In this document: piece by piece, positions 7,698 to 16,418 of the stretch
How positions within the stretch are numbered: position 1 is the stretch's first letter
Layout of the letters: each line of letters opens with the position of its first letter
Assembly (NCBI GenBank): GCA_043732305.1
Contig: JAYTHU010000046.1
Location: 1 to 16,418, forward strand
Length of the DNA: 16,418 bases
Direction of reading: 5' to 3'
DNA from: Oligoflexia bacterium
GTDB lineage: Bacteria; Bdellovibrionota; Bdellovibrionia; JABDDW01
The notes under the pieces: model-generated
Seen by the model: only the letters and a program-made list of their open reading frames with translations
Told to the model about the DNA's origin: nothing
The model's database searches: none
Translations under genes and position numbers: made by a program

Positions 7698-8461
7698 TGA
7701 AAACGGTCAGTCTCATTCTACTTTACATTTTTTTAGCAGCTAGCTTTCGAGCATCAGCTAATGGCTTGCCGGCTCCGCATTGTATTGATTTGCTTGAGAT
7801 CACAATTCATGGGCAAATCACTGACCGTCCTACTTGGAAATATATGAGTTCTCTAAAAAGAAATGTGTATCAGGAAGGGATTGCCGGGCCACTCGAATCG
7901 TTTCCATTAGATGATGTTTTGGCTGGGCGAAAAAGCGTATTGAATTTGGGCGAGGGAAACAGTGATTTCACCGCAACAATCCTGGCTCATCGAGCGAAGC
8001 TAGTGGCCCAACCTGACATGGGTGTGCACGCGGTTGATCAAGCTTACATCCATGCTTTCGATCCCAAAGAGAGTTCCTTGAGCGATTTTCAAATCTTAAA
8101 TCTAATGCGCTTTCCGAATAATTATCACGGCCAAGTTTTCCAGAATCTGCAGATCAGAGACGATCATGGGCGGGTTCTGTTCTTCGATGAGGCTGTGTCA
8201 GCTTTTTCTCTCAATTTCGTATTGGCGAAAGCTAAATCTAACGAAGAGCGTGTGAAGATACTCAGATCTATTTTAAAAACCTTAAAGCCCGCAGGGTACC
8301 TACGATTTTGGCCTTATTTTAACGAGGATGACAAGGTTCTTAGGCCACTTCTAGCAGAACTGTTTGATAGTAAAGAAATTGCAAATTTTTCCATCGGCCC
8401 GCGTTCTAACTCGTTTGATCCCAGCTACCCTGCCATGAACATTCAAAAGTCTGCAAAATAG
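7697..8461 (+). CDS. Signal-peptide-bearing class I SAM-dependent methyltransferase-like protein
   Basis: N-terminal signal peptide (…FRASA); motif-I-like VLNLGEGNS; VHAVD; FDEAVSAFSLNFV; LKPAGYL. Confidence 0.55.
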   Translation: MKTVSLILLYIFLAASFRASANGLPAPHCIDLLEITIHGQITDRPTWKYMSSLKRNVYQEGIAGPLESFPLDDVLAGRKSVLNLGEGNSDFTATILAHRAKLVAQPDMGVHAVDQAYIHAFDPKESSLSDFQILNLMRFPNNYHGQVFQNLQIRDDHGRVLFFDEAVSAFSLNFVLAKAKSNEERVKILRSILKTLKPAGYLRFWPYFNEDDKVLRPLLAELFDSKEIANFSIGPRSNSFDPSYPAMNIQKSAK

Positions 8462-8474
8462 TCGATTTTCATTG

Positions 8475-8498
8475 AATTAGGACTAAAAAGGTTCTATT
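8475..8498. promoter_or_regulatory. Putative Rrf2 (SufR/IscR-type) operator upstream of the suf operon
   Basis: Imperfect inverted repeat TAGGAC-TAAAAAG-GTTCTA, overlapping a possible TTGAAT-N17-TATTTA promoter. Confidence 0.55.
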
Positions 8499-8539
8499 TA
8501 AAGGCCTCAGTCAAGTTCTGGGCTTTACGAGAGGTTTTT

Positions 8540-8971
8540 ATGATTAAAATCAGTAAAATTACTGACTACGGATTCGTGCTTTTAACTAACATGGTTCAAA
8601 GTCAGCGCAAAGATGTTTGGACAGCCAAAGATTTATCAGCGCAGACTCACATTCCTTTGCCAACTGTCGGAAAAATTCTCAAAATTTTATCTCGTGGAGA
8701 AATTCTTGATTCCACTCGTGGAAGTCAGGGTGGATACAAACTCTCCAAAGATCCTGGTTCATTGAGTTTGGCCCACGTCATTGATGTGCTTGAAGGTAAA
8801 ATGTCTGTCACAAATTGTGGGACCAATGGACATATTAAATGTGACATTTTACATTCTTGCCCTAACAAAGCCAACTGGCAAAAAATCAACCACCTGATTT
8901 ACGGTGCTTTAGGAAGTCTCAGTCTAAAAGACATGGCACAGCCCATCCGCGGCAGCTTAAGGAAGTTATGA
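8540..8971 (+). CDS. Rrf2-family SUF-system Fe-S cluster assembly regulator
   Basis: ISKITDYG, winged [14 protein letters not shown], three Cys (C-x7-C-x5-C); first gene of the suf operon with a GAGG RBS. Confidence 0.9.
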   Translation: MIKISKITDYGFVLLTNMVQSQRKDVWTAKDLSAQTHIPLPTVGKILKILSRGEILDSTRGSQGGYKLSKDPGSLSLAHVIDVLEGKMSVTNCGTNGHIKCDILHSCPNKANWQKINHLIYGALGSLSLKDMAQPIRGSLRKL

Positions 8972-10416
8972 ATAAAGAAAAAAACAGTTCAATCAAACAG
9001 TTCACTGATCAAGAGTACAAATATGGATTTGTGACTGACGTTGAAAATGATTCTGCACCACGTGGATTGAACGAAGACATTGTTCGTTTTATATCGGCAA
9101 AAAAGAATGAACCAAAATTCTTGCTCGATTGGCGATTAAAAGCTTATGCCCATTGGCTTAAAATGAAAGAGCCCACTTGGGCTCACGTGAATTACCCCAA
9201 AATTGATTTTCAGGACATGATTTATTATTCTGCTCCTAAACCAAAAAAACAATTGAAGAGTTTGGACGAAGTTGATCCTGAACTCAGACAGATGTTTGAT
9301 AAATTAGGAATCAATCTCGCCGAGCAAAAACGTATTAGCGGAGTTGCGGTTGATGCAGTAGTGGATAGTGTTTCGGTTGCCACAACTTACAAACATAAGT
9401 TGCGCGAAGTCGGCGTGATTTTCTGTTCATTTAGTGAAGCCGTGAAAGAACACCCGGAGCTGATCGAAAAATATCTCGGCACAGTTGTTCCTTATCAAGA
9501 TAATTTTTATTCGGCTCTCAACTCGGCCGTTTTCAGCGATGGCTCTTTTTGTTTTATTCCTAAAGGTGTTCGTTGTCCCATGGAGCTTTCCACATATTTC
9601 AGAATCAATGCTGCAGATACTGGTCAGTTCGAGCGCACACTTATTATTGCGGAAGAAAAAAGCAATGTGAGTTACTTGGAAGGTTGCACTGCTCCTCAGC
9701 GAGATAAAAATCAATTGCATGCGGCAGTTGTAGAGATAGTCGCGCTTGAAGGCGCATCAGTTAAATATTCAACTGTTCAAAATTGGTATCCCGGAGACAA
9801 AGAAGGCAAAGGTGGCATATTTAATTTTGTCACCAAACGTGGCGCATGTCGCGGAGCCAACTCTAAGATCTCTTGGACCCAAGTAGAAACAGGTTCTGCT
9901 ATCACTTGGAAATATCCGTCTGTTTTGCTTCAGGGTGACAATTCAACTGGTGAGTTTTATTCGGTTGCCCTCACCAATAATTTGCAGCAAGCCGATACCG
10001 GCACAAAGATGATTCACATCGGAAAAAACACGAAGAGCACAATCATCTCTAAGGGAATTTCAGCAGGCCGCGGTCAAAATACTTATCGTGGATTGGTCAA
10101 GATCCTAAAGAGTGCTGATGGCGCTAGAAATTATTCTCAGTGTGACTCTTTGCTCATTGGATCAAAATGCGGGGCCCATACGGTTCCGTACTTGGAAGTA
10201 AAAAACAAAACAGCGCAGATTGAACATGAAGCCTCAACATCAAAGATCAGCGAAGATCAGATATTTTATTGTCGTCAAAGAGGATTGTCTCAGGAAGATG
10301 CCGTTTCACTGATAGTGAATGGTTTTTGTAAGGAAGTTTTTCAAAACCTTCCCATGGAGTTTGCTGTCGAAGCGCAGAAACTTTTGGGAGTGAGTCTGGA
10401 AGGAAGTGTTGGCTGA
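8968..10416 (+). CDS. sufB: Fe-S cluster assembly protein SufB
   Basis: [52 protein letters not shown]. Confidence 0.98.
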   Translation: MNKEKNSSIKQFTDQEYKYGFVTDVENDSAPRGLNEDIVRFISAKKNEPKFLLDWRLKAYAHWLKMKEPTWAHVNYPKIDFQDMIYYSAPKPKKQLKSLDEVDPELRQMFDKLGINLAEQKRISGVAVDAVVDSVSVATTYKHKLREVGVIFCSFSEAVKEHPELIEKYLGTVVPYQDNFYSALNSAVFSDGSFCFIPKGVRCPMELSTYFRINAADTGQFERTLIIAEEKSNVSYLEGCTAPQRDKNQLHAAVVEIVALEGASVKYSTVQNWYPGDKEGKGGIFNFVTKRGACRGANSKISWTQVETGSAITWKYPSVLLQGDNSTGEFYSVALTNNLQQADTGTKMIHIGKNTKSTIISKGISAGRGQNTYRGLVKILKSADGARNYSQCDSLLIGSKCGAHTVPYLEVKNKTAQIEHEASTSKISEDQIFYCRQRGLSQEDAVSLIVNGFCKEVFQNLPMEFAVEAQKLLGVSLEGSVG

Positions 10417-11150
10417 TGCTCTCAATTAGAAATCTACACGCTAAAGTAGACGGTAAAGAAATTCTTAAGGGTTTGAGTTTGGAAGTAGGGTATGGAGAAG
10501 TTCATGCCATCATGGGGCCTAATGGCTCGGGAAAAAGCACCCTCGCGTCAATCTTAGCGGGCCGAGACAATTATGAAATACTAGAGGGTGAGATTTTCTT
10601 CGAAGGAAAAAATCTTCTCGAGATGACTCCTGAAGTGCGCGCTTGTGAAGGTTTGTTCCTTGCGTTTCAGTACCCTGTCGAAATTCCCGGCGTTTCAAAT
10701 ATTTATTTTTTGAAAGCGGCACTCAATGCAGCAAGAAAATATCGCGGCGAACCTGAGTTGGACGCTATCGATTTTCTCTCTCTAGCAAAAGAAAAAATGC
10801 GGCTCCTCGATATGGACAAAAAATTGATCGACCGAGCCGTCAATCAGGGTTTTTCTGGCGGCGAGAAAAAGCGCAATGAAATATTTCAAATGTCAGTGCT
10901 CGAGCCAAAGCTTTCCGTACTCGATGAAATTGACTCTGGCTTAGATATTGATGCTCTGAGAATTGTTTCCCAGGGCGTGAATTCTGTGAGATCGGCTAAA
11001 CGTTCTATGGTCGTCATTACTCATTATCAAAGACTTCTTAATTATATTGTTCCCGATAAAATTCACGTGCTCTCGAGTGGTAAAATAGTTCGATCTGGTG
11101 GCAAAGAACTTGCGCTTGAACTTGAACAGAAGGGTTACTCACGTGTTTGA
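10416..11150 (+). CDS. sufC: Fe-S cluster assembly ATPase SufC
   Basis: Walker A GPNGSGKST, FQYPVEIPGV, FSGGEKKRNEI, LDEIDSGLDIDAL. Confidence 0.98.
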   Translation: MLSIRNLHAKVDGKEILKGLSLEVGYGEVHAIMGPNGSGKSTLASILAGRDNYEILEGEIFFEGKNLLEMTPEVRACEGLFLAFQYPVEIPGVSNIYFLKAALNAARKYRGEPELDAIDFLSLAKEKMRLLDMDKKLIDRAVNQGFSGGEKKRNEIFQMSVLEPKLSVLDEIDSGLDIDALRIVSQGVNSVRSAKRSMVVITHYQRLLNYIVPDKIHVLSSGKIVRSGGKELALELEQKGYSRV

Positions 11151-12408
11151 CCACGCAGTCGCAGAATTACAAAAATTAGCCTGGGATAAATTTAAAGCCC
11201 AAGGTCTCCCCACAACAGACGACGAAAACTGGAAATACACTCAGCTCTCAAAGTATAAAAGTCTTGATCTATTGAATCTCGGCGATGAAACTCATGGCGG
11301 GTCAGAATATGCTATCGAATCAGTGGATAGTCCGATCCTTTCGAGTTCGGTTCTTAAACCTTATGAAGGTTTTCCAACTCTCTTGGTTTTCATCAATGGC
11401 TTTTTCAGTGAGACCAATTCCAGAATAACTAAAGAGGCTGGTCTGCACATTGATTTCATGTCGAAATCCAATGGCAACACGCGCGTTCAAAGGCTGATGG
11501 AAAAGTTTTTATCGAGACAACTTAAAGAGACTGCATTTGGAAATTTGAATGCGGCTCATGCGACTGACGGATTGGTTGTTGAGATCGAACCGTTTGCTGA
11601 AATCAAACAACCTATTTTGATCCTAAATTTTTCTCATCATCGTGATAGCACCATGAATTACCGAAACATCATCTCTGTAGGTGAGGGCGCTAAATGTAGT
11701 TTTATTGAAGTCACCAAAGGGCCTGAGACTGTTTACGCAAATAATATTGTGACTCAAGTGGATTTGGACGCCCATTCGACTGTCCAATTTTATCGAGTTC
11801 AAGAAGAGGGAACGAAATCTCTTCATATTCATAATCTTTGTGTAGAGCAAAAGCGCTCCAGCACTTTTGAGGCTCATCTGTTTGCTGTTGGAGGAGCTTT
11901 ATCTCGCCATAATGTGGATGTGAATTTTCTGGAAGAAGGCGGCAGCGCTAAACTCTTTGGTTTATTTTCGGCTAATGGCAGTCAACATACGGATCATCGA
12001 TTGTTCGTTGATCACGCTGTGCCCAATTGTCAGAGTGAGCAAGTTTATAAAGGTATTTTGGACACAGATTCTCGTGGCGTATTTAACGGTGCGATTATGG
12101 TGCGTGAAGGTGCTGATCAAACCAATGCTCGGCAATCAAATAAAAACCTCCTGCTCTCATCAAATGCTGAGATCGATACTAAACCTCAATTGGAAATTTA
12201 TGCCGATGACGTGAAATGCAGTCATGGCGCAACGGTTGGGCAGTTGGACAATGAAGCTATTTTCTATCTGCGCGCTCGCGGGATTGACGAGCGATTAGCT
12301 CGACAAATTTTGACCCGAGCCTTTGCTATCGAAATGATTGAAAAAATTGGAAGCGACAAAGTCAAGGAAGTTTTTGATCGCGTTTTGCAAAACTGGTTTA
12401 ATTATTAA
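11143..12408 (+). CDS. sufD: Fe-S cluster assembly protein SufD
   Basis: ENWKYT, GVFNG, KPQLEIYADDVKCSHGATVGQLD, FYLRARGI. Likely start is GTG 11143 after GAAGGG, overlapping the sufC stop; the ORF track starts at 11098. Confidence 0.95.
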   Translation: MFDHAVAELQKLAWDKFKAQGLPTTDDENWKYTQLSKYKSLDLLNLGDETHGGSEYAIESVDSPILSSSVLKPYEGFPTLLVFINGFFSETNSRITKEAGLHIDFMSKSNGNTRVQRLMEKFLSRQLKETAFGNLNAAHATDGLVVEIEPFAEIKQPILILNFSHHRDSTMNYRNIISVGEGAKCSFIEVTKGPETVYANNIVTQVDLDAHSTVQFYRVQEEGTKSLHIHNLCVEQKRSSTFEAHLFAVGGALSRHNVDVNFLEEGGSAKLFGLFSANGSQHTDHRLFVDHAVPNCQSEQVYKGILDTDSRGVFNGAIMVREGADQTNARQSNKNLLLSSNAEIDTKPQLEIYADDVKCSHGATVGQLDNEAIFYLRARGIDERLARQILTRAFAIEMIEKIGSDKVKEVFDRVLQNWFNY

Positions 12409-12428
12409 ATTTTTTATTAGGTTGAATT

Positions 12429-13658
12429 ATGAATGATTTAGAAAACAAATTAGAAAAAATACGTGCAGATTTTCCTATCCTGCACACTAAGGTGCGTGGA
12501 AAAAACCTGGTATACTTAGACAACGCCGCAACCACACATAAACCATTGTCCGTGATCAAGTCACTTGAAACCTATTACGAGCAAACCAACGCTAACGTTC
12601 ATCGTGGCGTTCATTACCTGAGTGAGAAAGCCACAAAGGAATACGAAGCTTCTCGAGATATAATTCAGAAATTTGTCGGAGCTAAATCCCGCAAGGAAAT
12701 TATTTTTACTCGCGGAACTACCGACGCGATCAATCTCGTCGCGCAAGCCTATGGCCGTAATCAGCTTAAACCCGGGGATGAAGTTCTCATCACGGAGATG
12801 GAGCATCACTCAAACATTGTTCCATGGCAGATGGTTTGCGAGCAAACCGGAGCGAAGCTTCAGGTCACAAACGTTTTGGAAAATGGCGATCTCGATATGG
12901 AGTCGTTTGAAAAACTTCTCAACGATAAAACTAAAGTCGTGAGCGTCGTTCATATTTCAAACACATTAGGATCTATCAATCCTATTAAGGAAATTATTAA
13001 AAAAGCTCATGCCGTGGGAGCTATTGCTGTTATTGATGGAGCTCAATCTATTCAACATTTGCCCGTGAATGTGGCAGATCTTGATTGCGATTTTTATGCG
13101 TTTTCCGGTCATAAGTTATACGGTCCCACTGGAATTGGGGTTCTCTACGGGAAAGAAAAATTACTTGAAGTCATGCCTCCATACCAAGGTGGTGGTGATA
13201 TGATTCGCACTGTGAGTTTTGAAAAAACGACTTATAACGATCTCCCTTATAAATTTGAAGCGGGGACACCTCACATTGCTGGTGCTATTGGATTGGGCGT
13301 AGCCGCAAATTATATAACCACTTTGGGTTTCAATTTTATTCAGGAGCAGGAAACATTTCTGCTAAAGATAGCTACAGCTAAACTGAATGAAATGCCCGAA
13401 GTTCGAATTATCGGAACGACTGAGAATAAATCTTCAGTGATTTCGTTTTTACTCAAAGATATTCATGCCCATGACGTGGGAACAATTTTAGATCAAGAGG
13501 GGGTCGCTGTGAGAGCTGGACATCATTGCACTCAGCCGCTTATGGATAAGTTTAAAGTTCCGGCGACGGCTCGGGCTTCATTTTCATTTTACAATAAAGA
13601 ATCTGAGATCGACGAGTTGATCAAGGCGATTAAAAAAACTTTGGAGATTTTTAAATGA
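12429..13658 (+). CDS. sufS: Cysteine desulfurase SufS
   Basis: YLDNAATT, EHHSN, FSGHKLYGPTG, FEAGTP, and the group II catalytic motif RAGHHC. Confidence 0.97.
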   Translation: MNDLENKLEKIRADFPILHTKVRGKNLVYLDNAATTHKPLSVIKSLETYYEQTNANVHRGVHYLSEKATKEYEASRDIIQKFVGAKSRKEIIFTRGTTDAINLVAQAYGRNQLKPGDEVLITEMEHHSNIVPWQMVCEQTGAKLQVTNVLENGDLDMESFEKLLNDKTKVVSVVHISNTLGSINPIKEIIKKAHAVGAIAVIDGAQSIQHLPVNVADLDCDFYAFSGHKLYGPTGIGVLYGKEKLLEVMPPYQGGGDMIRTVSFEKTTYNDLPYKFEAGTPHIAGAIGLGVAANYITTLGFNFIQEQETFLLKIATAKLNEMPEVRIIGTTENKSSVISFLLKDIHAHDVGTILDQEGVAVRAGHHCTQPLMDKFKVPATARASFSFYNKESEIDELIKAIKKTLEIFK

Positions 13659-14110
13659 GTTCTGAGTTACGTGATCTGTATCAAGAAGTTATTGTGGATC
13701 ACTCGAAACGTCCGCGAAATTTTAAGAAAATCACGGATGCTACTAAAGATGCCGAGGGTTTTAATCCACTCTGTGGAGATCGACTTCATCTATATTTGAA
13801 AATAGAAGACGGAAGAATTGTCGATGCTACATTTGAAGGTCAAGGCTGCGCGATTTCAACAGCGTCAGCTTCCATGATGACGGAGATTCTCAAGGGAAAA
13901 ACGGTTGATGATTCCAAAACTATTTTTGAACAATTTCACAAACTGGTTTTAGACGGATCGGAACCTGCAGAGAACGATTCCAAGCTTGGAAAGCTTGCCG
14001 TGTTTGCCGGCGTTTATGAATATCCCGCTCGCGTGAAATGCGCAAGCCTGCCCTGGCACACGCTGAAATCAGCGTTAGATAATTCTCCTGAGCCAGCTAA
14101 AACAGAATAA
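13655..14110 (+). CDS. sufU: SUF-system NifU-family protein SufU
   Basis: LYQEVIVDH, NPLCGD, GCAISTASAS, RVKCA. Confidence 0.95.
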   Translation: MSSELRDLYQEVIVDHSKRPRNFKKITDATKDAEGFNPLCGDRLHLYLKIEDGRIVDATFEGQGCAISTASASMMTEILKGKTVDDSKTIFEQFHKLVLDGSEPAENDSKLGKLAVFAGVYEYPARVKCASLPWHTLKSALDNSPEPAKTE

Positions 14111-14138
14111 AAGAATTATTAAATGATTGGAATTTTCT

Positions 14139-14696
14139 ATGATTGGATTTGAACGAAAACAAGCAGTGCTTTCCAGAGACACAAACGTGGTGCAGATCCC
14201 AAGCGGTGACGCGATGACTTTGCTTTCTGGAACTGCTGTGACAATCACTCAAACACTCGGCGGAAATTATACTGTCATTACCGATCAAGGGTTTATGGTT
14301 CGCATCGGCGGAAAAGATGCCGATAGCATTGGCGAGAAATTGCCTGACGTTATTCAGATCGATACCGATCAAATCACCAAGGACAACGTAGAGAAAAATG
14401 TTTGGCAGCAATTGCAAAGCGTTTACGATCCCGAAATTCCCGTGAGTATTGTCGAATTGGGACTTGTTTATAGAATGGATCTTTCTGAACTTGCGCCTCA
14501 TGAATTCAAAGCTGATGTAGAGATGACTCTCACTGCTCCAGGATGCGGTATGGGACAGGTCTTGAGAGATGACGTGGAGCAAAGAGTTAAAGACGTTCCA
14601 GGCGTGAAGCAGGTGACTGTAGCGGTTGTTTTAGATCCACCGTGGGATCGAACAATGATGACCGAAGCGGCTAAACTTCAATTGGGAATGTTCTGA
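14139..14696 (+). CDS. sufT: Fe-S assembly protein SufT (DUF59 with N-terminal extension)
   Basis: YDPEIP, TLTAPGCGMG, PPWDRTMMTEAAKLQLG; N-terminal ITQTLGGNYTV. Likely start is ATG 14139; the ORF track gives TTG 14127. Confidence 0.9.
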   Translation: MIGFERKQAVLSRDTNVVQIPSGDAMTLLSGTAVTITQTLGGNYTVITDQGFMVRIGGKDADSIGEKLPDVIQIDTDQITKDNVEKNVWQQLQSVYDPEIPVSIVELGLVYRMDLSELAPHEFKADVEMTLTAPGCGMGQVLRDDVEQRVKDVPGVKQVTVAVVLDPPWDRTMMTEAAKLQLGMF

Positions 14697-14713
14697 CAAT
14701 CTCTTCATTTAAT

Positions 14714-15271
14714 TCAGAACAATAAATCTCTTATTTTTGAAACCAATGATGGGCTTGGCTTTGCGGTTTTAGATTTTAGTTTTCCGCCACACGCGAGACA
14801 TTTGTAACGATACCCTTTACTGAGTTTATTATGCAAACGCGTTGAAACCATATGTGTTTGGCAGCCGCACAGATATTCCCATTTTTTGTGAGAGTGAGTT
14901 TGCGGTACTGCCAAGCGGTGACATCTCTCGGGTTTGAATCCACAAATCTCCATCAGACTTTTCCACTTTGCACCGTGAGCATCAGAGGTAGGCCATCTTC
15001 GAGACACTGCCAAATGACAAAGCTCATGCACGAGAGTGGATTCAAAATCTTTTTCAGCAATTAAAATATGCGGATTAAGTTCGATCTGAGAATCGCCAGG
15101 ACTGCAAAGCCCTGCTCTTGATCGCATTCGTGGATTCCAGCGGACGGCATAAGTTCCCAAACTGAGAGAGCTGTATGGTTTAGGCAATTGTGCAAAAAAT
15201 ACCTGCCATTTCGCTATGATAATCTTAGCGATTTGATTTGATAGCCTTGGTTTTTGAGGAGGCGTTTCCAT
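14714..15271 (-). CDS. SprT-like zinc metalloprotease with a C-terminal zinc ribbon
   Basis: WNPRMRSRAG, IELNP, HELCH (HEXXH), HGAKWK, YLCGC...YKCLACG; AAGGA RBS. Confidence 0.88.
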   Translation of the reverse strand: METPPQKPRLSNQIAKIIIAKWQVFFAQLPKPYSSLSLGTYAVRWNPRMRSRAGLCSPGDSQIELNPHILIAEKDFESTLVHELCHLAVSRRWPTSDAHGAKWKSLMEICGFKPERCHRLAVPQTHSHKKWEYLCGCQTHMVSTRLHNKLSKGYRYKCLACGGKLKSKTAKPSPSLVSKIRDLLF

Positions 15272-15411
15272 AATTCCTTATGCCTCTGTTTAAGTGGGTC
15301 CTTGGGCAGTGTTTCTGCGAAAGTGACGCCGCATTTCGGCTTATCCCTGAAAATTTCACTTTTCATTTTGCTCAAAATTGACTCAAAAGCCAACAAATAA
15401 GTTCTGGGAAC

Positions 15412-15426
15412 TGGCACTGGGCTTGC
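15412..15426 (+). promoter_or_regulatory. Sigma54 (-24/-12) promoter for the 15478 gene
   Basis: TGGCAC-TGGGC-TTGC; predicted +1 at about 15438, with an AAGGA RBS at 15465-15469. Confidence 0.7.
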
Positions 15427-15477
15427 GTATGTAGGGTTTGTTAATTTGTAAAAAAATGTTTAAGAAGGACGTACGTT

Positions 15478-16083
15478 ATGAAGAAGCTCGTTTTTGTCAC
15501 TCTCGCTATTTTTCTCGGGTTGTCACTCAAAGCTCATGCGGGTGAAGGTGCAGATCCTGAAATGACCTCCGATGTTCAGCTCGATTCTATGTTCGAATCT
15601 GAACAGAAAGAACAACTCAGCACTGACTCTCAGTATGTGGCTGCTGAGAATGTTAAGACTGAGAAAGATCTCTCGCATCAGAAAAGCCAAGTTAAAGCAC
15701 TCGCTGCACGTAACGAGCAACTGAATGATAAAATCAGAGGCGAATCCAAAATGGTTCGCACTAAACAATCCATTGCGCAGAGAGAGAATTCAAAAGCGAC
15801 TCAGCTTGAGCGTCAAGTCGCTCAAAAAGAAAAGCAGTTGGAGCAAATCAAAATTCGCAATGTCGAATTGAGAAAAAGCATTGAGCTTGCACAATCACGT
15901 GCTCGTGCAGCGACTATTGCTAGCAATAAGGCCGAGCGAGCTCGTTCAGCCATGAAAGCTCAGACTCAACGTTTGATGGCTCAGAGAAAGTCTGTGAGCT
16001 CCAAGCGAGTGGCTAAGCACTTGGCTATCAAACGCGGAATGATGGCTAAAGCACCAGCAAATGGTGGAACTCAGAATTTCTAA
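15478..16083 (+). CDS. Secreted/periplasmic coiled-coil protein (hypothetical)
   Basis: Signal peptide ending AHA; acidic N-terminal part, long heptad-like helical region and strongly basic C-terminal part. Confidence 0.85.
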   Translation: MKKLVFVTLAIFLGLSLKAHAGEGADPEMTSDVQLDSMFESEQKEQLSTDSQYVAAENVKTEKDLSHQKSQVKALAARNEQLNDKIRGESKMVRTKQSIAQRENSKATQLERQVAQKEKQLEQIKIRNVELRKSIELAQSRARAATIASNKAERARSAMKAQTQRLMAQRKSVSSKRVAKHLAIKRGMMAKAPANGGTQNF

Positions 16084-16093
16084 TGGATTCGCG

Positions 16094-16122
16094 TTGACAT
16101 GGCTCGAGGCTTTAGGTAATTC
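16094..16122 (+). promoter_or_regulatory. Possible sigma70 promoter for tRNA-Gly
   Basis: TTGACA-N17-TAATTC, about 20 bp upstream of the tRNA; the -10 element is weak. Confidence 0.4.
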
Positions 16123-16142
16123 TTGACCTCTTGACACATGTT

Positions 16143-16219
16143 GCGGGTTTAGCTCAGTTGGCTAGAGCGATACCTTGCCAAGGTATAGGTCGAGGGTTCG
16201 AGTCCCTCAACCCGCTCCA
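16143..16219 (+). tRNA. tRNA-Gly (GCC)
   Basis: Acceptor stem GCGGGTT/AACCCGC; D arm GCTC..GAGC; anticodon arm ATACC-TTGCCAA-GGTAT; T arm GAGGG-TTCGAGT-CCCTC; U73 discriminator and encoded CCA. Confidence 0.97.
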
Positions 16220-16233
16220 ATCTTGACAATAGG

Positions 16234-16350
16234 CGAACCCAAATCCGAAGATCGAATAAGTCGAAACCCAAATCCGAAGATCGAATAAGTCGAACCCAAA
16301 TCCGAAGATCGAATAAGTCGAACCCAAATCCGAAGATCGAATAAGTCGAA
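16234..16350 (+). repeat. Four tandem copies of a 28-bp unit (CGAACCCAAATCCGAAGATCGAATAAGT)
   Basis: Units at 16234-16261, 16262-16290 (one extra A), 16291-16318 and 16319-16346, plus a partial CGAA. No spacers. Confidence 0.95.
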
Positions 16351-16358
16351 AAATTACG

Positions 16359-16381
16359 AACCACCTAAAGGTGGTTTTTTT
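16359..16381 (+). terminator. Intrinsic terminator of the tRNA-Gly transcript
   Basis: AACCACC-TAAA-GGTGGTT hairpin followed by a T run. Confidence 0.85.
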
Positions 16382-16418
16382 GTGTCTGGATGTTGCCGTT
16401 TATGATTTTCGCGGGCAA

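Noticed and set aside
14123..14147. ATGATTGGA direct repeat at the sufT start
   Set aside because: Only 9 bp, and the first ATG is out of frame; probably a small local duplication or chance.
14097..14582. 161-aa minus-strand ORF, and other short antisense ORFs within the suf genes
   Set aside because: Shadows of well-supported conserved genes.
16129..16228. TCTTGACA direct repeat flanking the tRNA (possible target-site duplication or att site)
   Set aside because: Only 8 bp, with no integrase or duplicated tRNA 3' end within the window.
16234..16350. CRISPR array interpretation, and the 71-aa ORF 16149..16364(-)
   Set aside because: The units are contiguous with no unique spacers and no cas genes are present. 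The ORF is the antisense reading of the repeats and the tRNA.

Overview
A ~42% GC bacterial chromosomal window. Gene content and protein style suggest Bdellovibrionota/Oligoflexia or a related deltaproteobacterium-like lineage; this is inference, not proof. Housekeeping content: the 3' end of murJ, a low-specificity threonine aldolase, a nusB / M17-N-domain / ppsR operon, an outer-membrane beta-barrel, an RsmB/NOP methyltransferase, a complete Rrf2-sufBCDSU-sufT Fe-S operon, a SprT-like metalloprotease and tRNA-Gly(GCC). The most striking unannotated element is a candidate ~175-nt small RNA on the minus strand (about 2581->2406). It has a near-consensus sigma54 promoter, tandem enhancer-like sites about 100-133 bp upstream, three stem-loops exposing C-rich anti-Shine-Dalgarno-like loops, and a U9 tail. 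Other notable items are a signal-peptide-bearing SAM-methyltransferase-like protein, a second sigma54 promoter driving a secreted coiled-coil protein, and four tandem 28-bp repeats between tRNA-Gly and its terminator.
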